A stretch of DNA of 64,000 nt from the IMG/VR virus record IMGVR_UViG_3300037418_002116; one strand, written 5' to 3'. Source of the stretch: a virus (lineage: Duplodnaviria > Caudoviricetes). A program made the position numbers and the translations under genes. The notes beneath the pieces were generated by a model that made no database searches, was not told the origin of the DNA, and saw nothing but the letters and a program-made list of their open reading frames with translations. Below are positions 32,560-42,104 of this stretch, piece after piece (positions within the stretch are counted from its first letter, which is position 1; each line of letters starts with the position of its first letter).

Positions 32560-33589
32560 CTTCTAATTTTTTCCAGTCTGTAAGTTTTAATTTTAGGGTC
32601 ATGCCACGGAAAGTATTATCATCAATAAATTTCTTCACCTTTTCAGGGGCAATTATACCATCTTGAATGTTCGCATTGAAGTCTTTCTTCAAAGCTCTAT
32701 TCGACGGCCAAACGAACATCGGAAAACCAGCATCAGCGGTTTTATCGATGCGTTTTATCAGTTCTTTATTTCGGGGCTGATTATCAAAAATGATAACAGT
32801 CTGTTCCTTCGGTATGATTTGACTCACTTTGGAGAAATCGGCACCGGAAACCGCAATTGCATTGTCCATAAACATGGAATCGATTGCGCCTTCGAACGTA
32901 TAGACTGTCTGTCCCACGTTAATGCGTTCAAGATTGAAAATCAGCGGTTCATCGTCTGATTTTCGAAGCATAATATAACGGAGAGGGGAAGGCTTGATTG
33001 CACGTGCAGTGACGCCAACCAATTCCTTCTGCCTATTGTATATAGGAATTACGATTCTTGGTTCATTACCAAATTTCGTATCATCATACCGGCCCGGAAA
33101 CAGGCTCGCTATGGATTTCATGTCTTCTGTATAGAAGAGACGATCAAACCAGATAAATGGTATCTTACGAGATTTCAGATACCGATAAGCCTCATGACGC
33201 TCGTCAAGCCTCGAAACCTTCGTTGCCAGACGATCTATGGCGTTGGTTTGCAGAGAAAAGAAGGCTTCTTTGGCCTCCACTTCCTCTGCCACCGCTATGT
33301 CCTGTGCCTCTTGTTCCTGTCTATCACGGAACCGCTCGAAACGGTATTCTCGATACAGAATCGGGTTCACATGTTCCAAAAACGTGCCAAAATGCATACC
33401 AGCGCCGCAATTATGGCAGGCATACTTGTATTTTTGGCCTCTTAGGTAGATATATCCTCTAGCACGGCGTCTATTGGTTGTGGAATCACCGCATATGGGA
33501 CAACTCATCTCCCATACATTATTTTGTTTTTTCTTGAAATTTCTTACGGATGAAGAAAGTAGAGCGATATATTTTTGTTCAATCCACAT
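32522..33589 (-). CDS. 61: DNA primase (T4 gp61-like)
   Basis: CPICGDS...ACHNCG zinc finger, TFEGAIDSMF, FDNQPRN, KKDFN TOPRIM motifs. Confidence 0.95.
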   Translation of the reverse strand: MWIEQKYIALLSSSVRNFKKKQNNVWEMSCPICGDSTTNRRRARGYIYLRGQKYKYACHNCGAGMHFGTFLEHVNPILYREYRFERFRDRQEQEAQDIAVAEEVEAKEAFFSLQTNAIDRLATKVSRLDERHEAYRYLKSRKIPFIWFDRLFYTEDMKSIASLFPGRYDDTKFGNEPRIVIPIYNRQKELVGVTARAIKPSPLRYIMLRKSDDEPLIFNLERINVGQTVYTFEGAIDSMFMDNAIAVSGADFSKVSQIIPKEQTVIIFDNQPRNKELIKRIDKTADAGFPMFVWPSNRALKKDFNANIQDGIIAPEKVKKFIDDNTFRGMTLKLKLTDWKKLEVANGNFSTSHRR

Positions 33590-33598
33590 TATCAGTAG

Positions 33599-33627
33599 AT
33601 AGTACCAACTCTATATCAAAATGTCAA
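33599..33627 (-). promoter_or_regulatory. sigma70-type promoter for primase
   Basis: TTGACA, 17-nt spacer, TACTAT. Confidence 0.7.
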
Positions 33628-33634
33628 CCAAAAA

Positions 33635-34840
33635 TCAAACCGGTTCGTAAATTTTTATCCAATCGAGAATCATATCGCATGGGAAAACTGTATTCGTTGT
33701 AGGTGAACCCGGCCATGAGCCGCCCATAGCAATATTCAATAGAATATACCAAGACTGTCCCGGCGATCTATTTTCCATAACGGCAGTTTTAACACCATCG
33801 AAATCAAAAATTATTTCTTCGTCCGTTACGGTAATTCCATATACGTGGAAATTGGTCAAATCTGTAACATTTGGAATACCTAGCAAACGAATATCCAAAG
33901 GATAGCCAAGAGCTTGATTTGCACCCGTGGTCGAAGTCCAATGTTGTGTCGAATAATATGTCCAAGCATTGGCGTTCGAATTTATCGGCCATTCCATCAT
34001 ATCGATTTCAGGTGGCCACGCACCATTAGTCGGCATTAGCCAAAACGCTGGCCACGCACCACGCTTCCCAAGCACTGGCATAGCCAAACGGCATTCGACA
34101 CGATCACCGGGCGAGATGTTGCGAAGCTTCTTTGTCGTGATCATGGAAGCCGTATAGTTCCATGAACGATTGTCGTATGTAATTGGCGTCGTCAATTTTT
34201 CCGAGCGCAACACACGCTTTCCATCAACAATAGGGAATGGATTCGTGCCGGGATAAAGAACCGGATCGGCATATAGACCCAATTCCTTGTTGCCGTCTTG
34301 TGTGCGCCCATGGGCCGGTCTGGATTGCCAACATGGGGTTCCATCTGGCAGCAAACCCGAGTCGCTGAATTGAAACCCGTTGATGAAATCGCTTTGGAAA
34401 ACCAGCTTGTAACCGCTTGCCACGGTCTGTTGTGGGTCTTGGCTGAAATTAATCCATCCGCTCGACTTGGCTATGATAGCGCCAGTAACCGCTTTCAGAT
34501 AGATTTCAATTGTATTACCTACAATATTGTTACCTCTAAGTTGGATAACAATTTCTTTTTCGGTTTTATCGCCCGGTTGGAAAACATAGGTGCCGGATGC
34601 AGCAATGTAATTTGTGCCTTGATTTGTACCGGTGCCATTTCTTGTTTGAAATGAGCCTATTACTGTATCACGGGGTTCGCCAGAAAGACTTAGTTTAAGT
34701 CTAGCTTCCGTTGCGTTTGGAAGCACAGTAACATCGGACAGGATAATTTGGATTGGAGCGACCGATTTGGTCAGAAAGTCCATCAATCTTGGATTAATAT
34801 CTATTAGTTTACGAGCGTCTGTGGTTGCGAGACGTGTCAT
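33635..34840 (-). CDS. Calx-beta-like domain + glycoside hydrolase family 16 (ExsH/laminarinase-like)
   Basis: YIAASGTYVFQPGDKTEK (Calx-beta); GAWPAFWL and WPPEIDMME (ExDxxE catalytic motif), FHVYG, DWIKIY. Confidence 0.88.
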   Translation of the reverse strand: MTRLATTDARKLIDINPRLMDFLTKSVAPIQIILSDVTVLPNATEARLKLSLSGEPRDTVIGSFQTRNGTGTNQGTNYIAASGTYVFQPGDKTEKEIVIQLRGNNIVGNTIEIYLKAVTGAIIAKSSGWINFSQDPQQTVASGYKLVFQSDFINGFQFSDSGLLPDGTPCWQSRPAHGRTQDGNKELGLYADPVLYPGTNPFPIVDGKRVLRSEKLTTPITYDNRSWNYTASMITTKKLRNISPGDRVECRLAMPVLGKRGAWPAFWLMPTNGAWPPEIDMMEWPINSNANAWTYYSTQHWTSTTGANQALGYPLDIRLLGIPNVTDLTNFHVYGITVTDEEIIFDFDGVKTAVMENRSPGQSWYILLNIAMGGSWPGSPTTNTVFPCDMILDWIKIYEPV

Positions 34841-34870
34841 ATAGAAATCCTTCTGATGGTGGCTATCCGA

Positions 34871-34878
34871 TATTTATC
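34871..34878 (-). promoter_or_regulatory. T4-type late promoter (GATAAATA)
   Basis: About 30 nt upstream of the GH16 start. Confidence 0.5.
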
Positions 34879-34900
34879 ATCTAGGATATTTCAGAAGATT

Positions 34901-34976
34901 TGGTGGAGCCAGTCGGAATCGAACCGACAACCTTTACCTTGCAAGGGTACTGCTCTCCCAATTGAGCTATGGCCCC
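34901..34976 (-). tRNA. tRNA-Ala(TGC)
   Basis: GGGGCCA/TGGCTCC acceptor with G3-U70, CTTGCAA loop, encoded CCA. Confidence 0.93.
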
Positions 34977-34982
34977 AAATCA

Positions 34983-35019
34983 TTGACAGTTGGTAACACA
35001 TATTTATACCAACTGTCAA
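34983..35019. repeat. Perfect 13-bp inverted repeat overlapping a late promoter
   Basis: TTGACAGTTGGTA, 11-nt spacer, TACCAACTGTCAA; TATAAATA on the minus strand at 35001-35008. Confidence 0.8.
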
Positions 35020-35026
35020 GCGGAAA

Positions 35027-35164
35027 TCAATTTTCCGAATTAATAACCACTTCTTCGATGACCACTACCTTGTGTGCAGCAATATAATTAGAAATATTGT
35101 ACAACCCAATCGCTAGAAGAATACCAGCGATAGCGACATACACCGGTTTTGCGATGATCTTCAT
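35027..35164 (-). CDS. Small membrane protein (45 aa)
   Basis: MKIIAKPVYVAIAGILLAIGLY... Confidence 0.55.
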   Translation of the reverse strand: MKIIAKPVYVAIAGILLAIGLYNISNYIAAHKVVVIEEVVINSEN

Positions 35165-35167
35165 GTT

Positions 35168-35383
35168 TTATTTCATCAACCCTTGAAAGAATAGTTTGAT
35201 AGAATCCCAAAACACGAATAGGGAAATGAACCCGCCAATAGCAACCAAGATAACATTACGGAAATATTGGCCAAGCCATCCAAGAGCTTCCTGTTTTCTA
35301 ATCATGTCACGCATGATTTCATAGTCTTTTCGAGGAAGTTTTACATCAATAATTTCATCATCTTTGTTAAGATCGTCTGCCAT
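35168..35383 (-). CDS. Small protein with C-terminal TM (lysis-associated?)
   Basis: 71 aa, AGGGGG RBS, one hydrophobic segment. Confidence 0.7.
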   Translation of the reverse strand: MADDLNKDDEIIDVKLPRKDYEIMRDMIRKQEALGWLGQYFRNVILVAIGGFISLFVFWDSIKLFFQGLMK

Positions 35384-35395
35384 TTAATGCCCCCT

Positions 35396-35731
35396 TTATT
35401 TCTTTTTTAGTTCTTGTGGTGTTGGTGGTTTTATTCCTTCTAACTGTTGATCACGGAACCGTATAGCGTCTCCCAAAAATCCATGTCTCTTTGCACAGAT
35501 AAGAAGGCTTTCCCTGTCAACACTCCAATAATATTCCACTTCCGCCCTTGTCAAAATTCTTTCGGGTATCTTAACTGGCAAATTGCATTTAGCGAGAAGA
35601 GACGAATCGATCCCATTAAGGATTGGATGTCCCGGTCTTAGATCGACCGGACCTTGTGGCCCGGAACAATCAGTAGCGCCCATGCAGGCGAGCGCTGAAA
35701 TTGCTATTCCGAATACTGTTGCTATTTTCAT
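35396..35731 (-). CDS. o-spanin (Rz1-like lipoprotein)
   Basis: Lipobox-like signal (ALAC / GATDC), Pro-rich, LLAKC...LLICAKRH; follows the i-spanin. Confidence 0.7.
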   Translation of the reverse strand: MKIATVFGIAISALACMGATDCSGPQGPVDLRPGHPILNGIDSSLLAKCNLPVKIPERILTRAEVEYYWSVDRESLLICAKRHGFLGDAIRFRDQQLEGIKPPTPQELKKK

Positions 35732-36084
35732 TATCGTATTCCGTTTAGTCTTTTTGCAGCATCAGCGGACAAGCCCGGTTCGTTTGCATCCGGAGCCGCC
35801 AAGGCCAACAATCTGTTACGTTCTCTCAATTCAGCAATTTGCTTTTCGGCTTGATCAAGCTGGTCGGCAAATTGTTTCTGTTGTTCTTCCGCCGCTCTAT
35901 TAGCAGCAATTTGGCGGTTCATTTCTTCCGTGGCTTTCTTTTCGAGACTCAATGTCAATTCAGAAATCTTCAAATCAGCACGGGTATTTGCATAATCGTA
36001 ACCAACACTATATGATTTTACGATTGCAAGACCGAAGATTACGGCACCGGCTACGGGTGCAACCCAACTTGGTAATCCAAACAT
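35731..36084 (-). CDS. i-spanin (Rz-like)
   Basis: N-terminal TM, coiled coil, C-terminal GLSADAAKRLN; likely start ATG 36084. Confidence 0.7.
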   Translation of the reverse strand: MFGLPSWVAPVAGAVIFGLAIVKSYSVGYDYANTRADLKISELTLSLEKKATEEMNRQIAANRAAEEQQKQFADQLDQAEKQIAELRERNRLLALAAPDANEPGLSADAAKRLNGIR

Positions 36085-36085
36085 T

Positions 36086-36475
36086 TTATTCTGTATCCCC
36101 TTTACTATTCGCTCTACCATCCGGAATTTGACTTGTTGAACCATCTTCACTTGTGGAGTCCGTTACGGACGTTTCTTCCAAGCTTGATTCCGAGCCCAAA
36201 GTTTCATTCTGCCGGTTCAAAGCCGACATGTAATTCTTATCATCCCATGCCGCACCAAATACGTATTGACCAAGCAAAGCCACACCGCCTGCTATGAGAG
36301 CGATAGATACTTGTTGGTACAAGACAGTATCTTTATTCAGAAATATAATCCAAGATACCCAAACGAGAATAGCGATTAAGGCCAAATCTAGCCTTAATCG
36401 CCTCTTAGCCCAAGGTCTTGGGGTAATTTTCTCTAAAGAGGCTCTTTTGTTCTTATTTTTTTGATTTAGAGCCAT
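36086..36475 (-). CDS. Holin-like membrane protein
   Basis: Basic N-terminus, two TMs, hydrophilic C-tail; first gene of the spanin cassette, CTAAATA late promoter upstream. Confidence 0.55.
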   Translation of the reverse strand: MALNQKNKNKRASLEKITPRPWAKRRLRLDLALIAILVWVSWIIFLNKDTVLYQQVSIALIAGGVALLGQYVFGAAWDDKNYMSALNRQNETLGSESSLEETSVTDSTSEDGSTSQIPDGRANSKGDTE

Positions 36476-36532
36476 AATACCAATTCCTATTACTACTTTA
36501 TGTAGTATTTAGAAAATTGGTGTATTTAAGTG

Positions 36533-36931
36533 TTATCTCACTACAAGAGCGGGATCAGGAGACATGAAATTCTTTTTACGCATAACAGTCTTGGCTACAA
36601 TTTCCATCATTCTTTTTACTGGATTCCATTTGAATACAATTGGAGAATTCACGTCTGTAGACATATCTTTCAACACAGCTTCCGAGCTTGGTTTCATGAA
36701 CTTCATCTTTTGACCAAATTTTTCAAAAGAAAGTTTGAAAAGACGGTTCAATTCAGCAAGAGTAATCTGTGTTTTGTTGCGAGCATCGTTCACACGTTCC
36801 CAAAAATGTTTGGTGAAACTCACGTCCATATTCAGCGTGTTGAAGAACTTATCAAGATAATGTTCCAACGATTTCAAGGCATCCCATGAAATTGGCGCTG
36901 CTTGTTCTGTCAAATATTGTTTGAAACTCAT
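36533..36931 (-). CDS. Putative internal head protein (capsid-targeting N-terminus)
   Basis: MSFKQYLTE; contains FTKHFWERVND. Confidence 0.7.
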   Translation of the reverse strand: MSFKQYLTEQAAPISWDALKSLEHYLDKFFNTLNMDVSFTKHFWERVNDARNKTQITLAELNRLFKLSFEKFGQKMKFMKPSSEAVLKDMSTDVNSPIVFKWNPVKRMMEIVAKTVMRKKNFMSPDPALVVR

Positions 36932-36933
36932 TT

Positions 36934-37320
36934 TTAATACCCGTGTCTCTGTCTGCCTTTTTCATCGGTCCAATGGATGTTTGCGGCTGGCCTTGGTCTG
37001 TTCTGCATCGCTTCATGTTCTTCCGGACGCATACGCTTTGGCATACCACGGCGAAGTACTTCACTTTCCAATTCATCACGACGTTTGCGTGTGTCATCGG
37101 TATGGTGATGTTCTGGAATGTTGTTGTGCTTTTGATATTCGGATTTCAACAAATCTCTGGCCATGGTGCGAACCGGACCATGTTTGTCCCGAGACGTGAA
37201 ACCATGTCTGACGAAATCCGTCTTAGGGGCGGTTGGTTTTGCCGGTTCAGGAGCGGGCGCTGGTGCGGGCTTGCGCTTGAACGGGTTCCATTCTGCTAGA
37301 TATTCCTTGAATGATTCCAT
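36934..37320 (-). CDS. Putative internal head protein (capsid-targeting N-terminus)
   Basis: MESFKEYLAE; Pro/Ala linker, basic. Confidence 0.7.
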   Translation of the reverse strand: MESFKEYLAEWNPFKRKPAPAPAPEPAKPTAPKTDFVRHGFTSRDKHGPVRTMARDLLKSEYQKHNNIPEHHHTDDTRKRRDELESEVLRRGMPKRMRPEEHEAMQNRPRPAANIHWTDEKGRQRHGY

Positions 37321-37821
37321 CTATATGATCCTTTGTGTCATTGCGCTCATCGACATGCGACGACGCAACATGTTCTTTTTTACCTTCTTCGGATTTGCAG
37401 GCGGATTGTCATCCAACCCGGCCATTGCCGATGCATCACCAACTGAATTCGTAGGAGCGTCTTCCGTCAACATAGCTTGCGCTTCCTCGAAATAGGTCTG
37501 CATTTTTTCCCACAAAATATCGTCATCGTCTGGGTCTAGCTCTTCCCCTTCACGCAAAAGCATGATAGCGGCGGCATAGGAGGCGATACGGGACTTTCCG
37601 CCCGGAACCTTCCCCAATAGTTTCTTCAAATTCAAAAGCAGAAGATCATACATTTTAAATGATCGATTCTGCACTTCCGTTCTTTGTTTCTTCGGAACAA
37701 TAATGTCGCCATTGGCGTTTATAACGCCAGTTTTGAAAGCATTCCACTTTTTGAAAGGCGTGACTAAACGTCTAATGAAAGAATACAATAGAACAGAGTC
37801 GAAAACGCCAAGCGATGCCAT
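37321..37821 (-). CDS. Conserved T4-like late hypothetical protein
   Basis: FIRRLVTPFKKWNAFKTGVI...SYAAAIMLLRE pattern recalled from T4-like phages. Confidence 0.75.
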   Translation of the reverse strand: MASLGVFDSVLLYSFIRRLVTPFKKWNAFKTGVINANGDIIVPKKQRTEVQNRSFKMYDLLLLNLKKLLGKVPGGKSRIASYAAAIMLLREGEELDPDDDDILWEKMQTYFEEAQAMLTEDAPTNSVGDASAMAGLDDNPPANPKKVKKNMLRRRMSMSAMTQRII

Positions 37822-38015
37822 TATTTTGGTTTCCTTTTAGAAACAACAAATTTCTTATTTGGTTCATCTTTATGAAATATAGCCAACCATTGTTCTTTAG
37901 TTTCTGGTGTTACTTCCCTTTCCACTTTCCACAAACCAGAAATTGGGTTCAAACTCCAAATATATTGTTTGTCGCCAACTTGTTCTAACAACGCTCTTAT
38001 CTTTGTGTCTTTCAT
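37821..38015 (-). CDS. Hypothetical protein
   Basis: 64-aa ORF, coupled. Confidence 0.7.
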   Translation of the reverse strand: MKDTKIRALLEQVGDKQYIWSLNPISGLWKVEREVTPETKEQWLAIFHKDEPNKKFVVSKRKPK

Positions 38016-38407
38016 TTCAATCTTTCCTCTTCCATTCTTCTAAGTGCTTTGACCACGCCATGATTAATCACAATTTCCTTTGTCTCAATAATTATTTCAT
38101 TGATAAAGACCATCTCTGGCAAATAACCAAGATACATCAGAAATGGCGCTAAGCAATCATGATATTCTGCTAGTTTATAGAATAAAAGTCTGGTACAAGC
38201 CTTTGGTTCAAAGACATTGTAGAGAACGACAAGATGATTGATTATCAATCGTTCTCTTAGTACACCTTTGTTCTTGTATGCATAAAACAGCTTTTTCAAA
38301 TACTTTATTCTATTCAAATCTTCCAAAAATTCCTCTGGCGAGAGACAGTTTGGATTGTCATAAAATTTGGCCGCATAAAATGCGAAATTAGGTTCGTTCA
38401 AAATCAT
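38012..38407 (-). CDS. Conserved T4-like late hypothetical protein
   Basis: YAAKFYDNPNC...EFLEDLNRIKYLKKL...RLIINHLVVLYNVF pattern recalled from T4-like phages. Confidence 0.8.
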   Translation of the reverse strand: MILNEPNFAFYAAKFYDNPNCLSPEEFLEDLNRIKYLKKLFYAYKNKGVLRERLIINHLVVLYNVFEPKACTRLLFYKLAEYHDCLAPFLMYLGYLPEMVFINEIIIETKEIVINHGVVKALRRMEEERLK

Positions 38408-39130
38408 TTACTTGTTGCGCTCATTCCCGATTGCGTCACCATAGGCAGTCAAGAGTTTCAGCACAGTTTTCAGTGGCAAATCGATAACCAATGTGGACAT
38501 CTGGATATTTGGGTCGGCTAGGACCGCAAAAAGCCATCTATGGTGTCCGTCAATGATAAAATCATCAGAACTGGATATCATGAAACTATTTTCCACCAGA
38601 TTCTTGAACTGTTCTGGTGTATAACGAAGTCCGAATGATATCGCCTTGTCGAGATAGATTTGCTTCTGAATTGGCTTTAGGCGTCCGGCTGCTTTGCGTT
38701 CAGCGTAAACCTTCACCACGTCATCGGAAACTTTTCCATCACGAAAACCATTTGTCAAAAATCTTTGCGCTTGCGCTCCGGATAATCCTTGCGGAAAAGG
38801 ATTCTCTGGATTGGTTCCCTTTGCGAAAGGTGCCTTAACGTCCAAAGCGCCTCGTGTGAGGCGCTGTTGAAGCATGTAGGCATCGACACGGCGGATAACC
38901 GGCATGTCCTTTCGTTGGGTCGATCCGAGCTTAGCCATGTTCTGTGCGAACTTGAAATTTCTGGTGAAGTTCGGAAGCGCCATTTTTGGTGACTTTGTGT
39001 GATCATGATGATAAATGTGGTTCAACAGTTGCACGGCTTGTGGCAGTGGAGTTGACACTATCTCAAACTGGCCCGCTTCCTCTCCGGGCATTTTCTTTGT
39101 ATATTCCAATAGAAACTGCTTGAAACTCAA
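38408..39130 (-). CDS. ParB/Srx-like domain protein with capsid-targeting N-terminus
   Basis: MSFKQFLLE; LKPIQKQIY and IIDGHHRW; TTG start. Confidence 0.75.
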   Translation of the reverse strand: MSFKQFLLEYTKKMPGEEAGQFEIVSTPLPQAVQLLNHIYHHDHTKSPKMALPNFTRNFKFAQNMAKLGSTQRKDMPVIRRVDAYMLQQRLTRGALDVKAPFAKGTNPENPFPQGLSGAQAQRFLTNGFRDGKVSDDVVKVYAERKAAGRLKPIQKQIYLDKAISFGLRYTPEQFKNLVENSFMISSSDDFIIDGHHRWLFAVLADPNIQMSTLVIDLPLKTVLKLLTAYGDAIGNERNK

Positions 39131-39140
39131 AGTAAATTCC

Positions 39141-39554
39141 TTAAAACGAAGCGAGTGCTACTCTCTTGATACTATTAGTTGTGTTGTTTGATACTCTTAT
39201 ATATAAGTAATTGTCATCATAGAACAATTTACCAGCAACGATACTTGTTACAGAAGAGTTAGAAGGTGTCAGTTGTTGTTGAATAACAATACCATTTGAT
39301 GAAATTGTTGTCGAACCTAGAGTCGATGGTCCTGAAACTGTCAACTTCTGTGCTGATGTGTTTGCAAGATTCGTCTGACCAGTAACCGTCAACACCTGTG
39401 AAATATTGGTGTTGCATGGAACACTGCCAAACAGAGTGTTCAAAGACATCTGTTTGCCAGTCGGCGTTCCTGTGGTATCAACGATAACGTAAATTACATT
39501 AAGGCCATATGCAGTCGTAGCTGTTTCTAGTTCTGTTACTTTCTTGCTTGGCAT
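39141..39554 (-). CDS. Virion structural protein (Ser/Thr-rich, fibre-like)
   Basis: KKVTELETA N-terminus, GKLFYDDNYLYI...KRVAL C-terminus. Confidence 0.6.
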   Translation of the reverse strand: MPSKKVTELETATTAYGLNVIYVIVDTTGTPTGKQMSLNTLFGSVPCNTNISQVLTVTGQTNLANTSAQKLTVSGPSTLGSTTISSNGIVIQQQLTPSNSSVTSIVAGKLFYDDNYLYIRVSNNTTNSIKRVALASF

Positions 39555-41441
39555 TTAGCATTCCTTCTTCTTCATCATAGCTCTAGCCAAAGCTAAACCT
39601 CTTTCACGCTTTCCAATGGTCTTGGTTGCATTCTTTCTGGCCTTGTCATCGTCAAGATAATCTGCACCACCACGATCAATGTGTGCATTTGCCTTTGAGC
39701 GCCAAGCTCTATCACCGTACTTTGTCAATGTATCGGCTGACAATTCATCAAGACGTTCTTCTTTCAGTCTATCCTTTTTATTCAAAGCTCTTTCCGCAGC
39801 ATCCATACCATTATTTCTATTTTTAAACTTGCGTTCCAATCTAGCGGTTTTGTCAGAAGGAATACCCCAATCTCTATCAACTTGTCTTGACTTGTTCAAA
39901 TCAGGTTCAATTGAGTGAGTTTCTTTTTGAGATTTTCTAATGTAACGGCCAAGTGTAGACGCATTCAGTTCATCAATCTGTTCTACTTCCTCTTTCATTC
40001 CCAAATGCTTCTTAAGACCTTTCCAAATAGTAGATTTTGGTTTTTCATTCACTCCATCTGTAACAGGTTCACCAAATTGTAGATTAGCGTCTTTATCCAA
40101 ACCGACAGTATAAACTTTCTTGACATGAAAATTTCTACCCTTATCTACAGCTTGATAGTGTTCTCTTGCGGCCTTTGCGGCTGCGACGTGATCGGCTTTA
40201 CCATTAATTTCAATGATTTGCTTCTTACGTTCACCCTTGGCATTATCGTATTCAAGATGAACGTTATGACGATTGCGACTTACATCTTCATTCAAAGATT
40301 CACGCAAACCGCCACGTTCCCAACCGTCGTTGTACTTGTTCCAACGTTCCAAATGACGATCTAGCTGGCCTTTCGTATCGCCATGACCGGGAGCCAAGAT
40401 GCCATTCGTCTGCTTGTGGCGAGAATGATAGGTATCGGCAGCACCCTTCTGTTGCCAGACATGAACCTTGCCACCAGTCTTTGGATGTTCATAGTTGTGC
40501 GAAGGGAAATCATGATCACGACCACCAAGGCTCTTTTCTGTGTGTGAGCCCTTGTACACGTACCCGTGCTTTGCAAGAACCTTATTGAACTTGTGCTTTG
40601 GTTCGGTTTCTTCGTTCAAATGTTCCACTTCTTCTTTGTGAAGAATCTTCTGTAGAACGGCACCAGCCACACGCTTTCCAGCGGCCTTGGAACCATATTC
40701 CTTGGCAGCTTTCGCAGCGACTTTCTTGAAGTTCAGACCGGGTTTGCCGATATCTTCACCCTTTTTGAATTCGTCAAGCTGTTCAACAGATTCAGCGAGC
40801 TTCGAAACGATGGAAGCTACTTTCTTGTGTGGAACGACATGACCACGATAGTTTTCCATTGCAGCACGAACACCGTTTGTCACCAAACGATACTTTTTGC
40901 CGCCATGGGAAATCACATGTTCAGACCATCCATCACGACGCTTGTTGGTAGCACCGGCATGAATTTTCTTTAGGTATTCGTGCGAACCTTCCTCGAAAAG
41001 AGATAGTTCACTTTCAAGGCGTTCTACCTTTTCTTCCAAAGATTCCTTACGGGCTGGACGCCATAGGCGCTTGCCTTGGTTTGTGAGAACACCAGCAATC
41101 GAGTCGGTTGACTCGTTGATGATCAAAGGCTTTTCTTCGACCTTGTTCAGGCGAACGGTTGAAGCGATTTCCTTTAGCGTCTTCTGTGGAGCCTTCGATT
41201 CAACAATCACCGGAGCGACTGGTTTCTTCTCTTCAACGATTTCCCATGGCTGTCTTTTTGGTGTCAAAGCAGACGCCACACCAGAAATATCCTTGACGGT
41301 TTCGTTCGATGGTTCCTGATAGGCAGCAAGGCGAGCGGCAAGATTTTCGCTAATCACCGGATCATCCTTCTTAGGACGTGCAGTTTCCAAAAGCCCTTTC
41401 TTAAGGGCTTCTGCCAATTTATCTTTGCCTCTATAATTCAT
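39555..41441 (-). CDS. Large internal head (poly)protein with repeated prohead-protease-type sites
   Basis: Repeated EQLDE, EEVEHLNEE, SLNE, EEVEQIDEL, EERLDEL separating basic segments. Confidence 0.65.
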   Translation of the reverse strand: MNYRGKDKLAEALKKGLLETARPKKDDPVISENLAARLAAYQEPSNETVKDISGVASALTPKRQPWEIVEEKKPVAPVIVESKAPQKTLKEIASTVRLNKVEEKPLIINESTDSIAGVLTNQGKRLWRPARKESLEEKVERLESELSLFEEGSHEYLKKIHAGATNKRRDGWSEHVISHGGKKYRLVTNGVRAAMENYRGHVVPHKKVASIVSKLAESVEQLDEFKKGEDIGKPGLNFKKVAAKAAKEYGSKAAGKRVAGAVLQKILHKEEVEHLNEETEPKHKFNKVLAKHGYVYKGSHTEKSLGGRDHDFPSHNYEHPKTGGKVHVWQQKGAADTYHSRHKQTNGILAPGHGDTKGQLDRHLERWNKYNDGWERGGLRESLNEDVSRNRHNVHLEYDNAKGERKKQIIEINGKADHVAAAKAAREHYQAVDKGRNFHVKKVYTVGLDKDANLQFGEPVTDGVNEKPKSTIWKGLKKHLGMKEEVEQIDELNASTLGRYIRKSQKETHSIEPDLNKSRQVDRDWGIPSDKTARLERKFKNRNNGMDAAERALNKKDRLKEERLDELSADTLTKYGDRAWRSKANAHIDRGGADYLDDDKARKNATKTIGKRERGLALARAMMKKKEC

Positions 41442-41453
41442 TTGATGCCTTCC

Positions 41454-42032
41454 TTAGACGATTGTAAACGTCGAAAGTGTGTTAGAAACTGTGGCTGAAA
41501 TGTTTGTGTTAACGGTTTCGGTTGTTCCCGAGAACGTACTATAAACTTTTGCCTGTGCAGTGTTTGAAAGATTCTGTGCCTGAATTTTATATGTACCGGC
41601 TGTTGCCACCTTGAACTTGAATACCAATGTGTTGTTTGCATTGGTGATCGAAGCCTTGTTGGTGTTCGATGTAGCAACCACGTTGTTACCGCCAGCGGTG
41701 TTGGCCACTGTCAAACGGAGTGGTGATGCCGAAGAAGCGATAGAAAGTTCTTCTGTGTAAACAACGTAAACAAAGTTAACCTGATTTCGCTTAAGTGCTG
41801 TACCACCAGTGTTGTTCGCAACATATACCTGTGCGACACGTGGCTTACCCATCGTCACTTCACTTGGAAGATTTCCAAGAGCAATGAGCGGTTCGTACTT
41901 ATTTCTAACGTTACCGTGAACGTCTGTGTATGTGATTCTGCGAGTCCAACCGTATTTGGTTGCGACGATATTTCTCTTTTGGTCCTGTGCAACATAAAGT
42001 GGCACCTTACCTGATTTATTCCAAAGTGACAT
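41454..42032 (-). CDS. Virion structural protein
   Basis: MSLWNK start (ATG 42032), Thr/Asn/Ser-rich beta protein, TATAAATA upstream. Confidence 0.7.
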   Translation of the reverse strand: MSLWNKSGKVPLYVAQDQKRNIVATKYGWTRRITYTDVHGNVRNKYEPLIALGNLPSEVTMGKPRVAQVYVANNTGGTALKRNQVNFVYVVYTEELSIASSASPLRLTVANTAGGNNVVATSNTNKASITNANNTLVFKFKVATAGTYKIQAQNLSNTAQAKVYSTFSGTTETVNTNISATVSNTLSTFTIV

Positions 42033-42085
42033 GTAATTGATTCCCTTTTCGTTTTTGAAACTACTCGACATGATATAGACCCCAA

Positions 42086-42093
42086 TATTTATA
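42086..42093 (-). promoter_or_regulatory. T4-type late promoter TATAAATA
   Basis: Exact consensus heading the late virion-protein run. Confidence 0.75.
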
Positions 42094-42104
42094 AAATTCG
42101 GGTA

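Noticed and set aside
29587-33589. Introns or inteins in nrdJ, thyX or primase
   Set aside because: All are uninterrupted and of ordinary length, with no splice-junction motifs seen; the same holds for genes 41, 43 and uvsX
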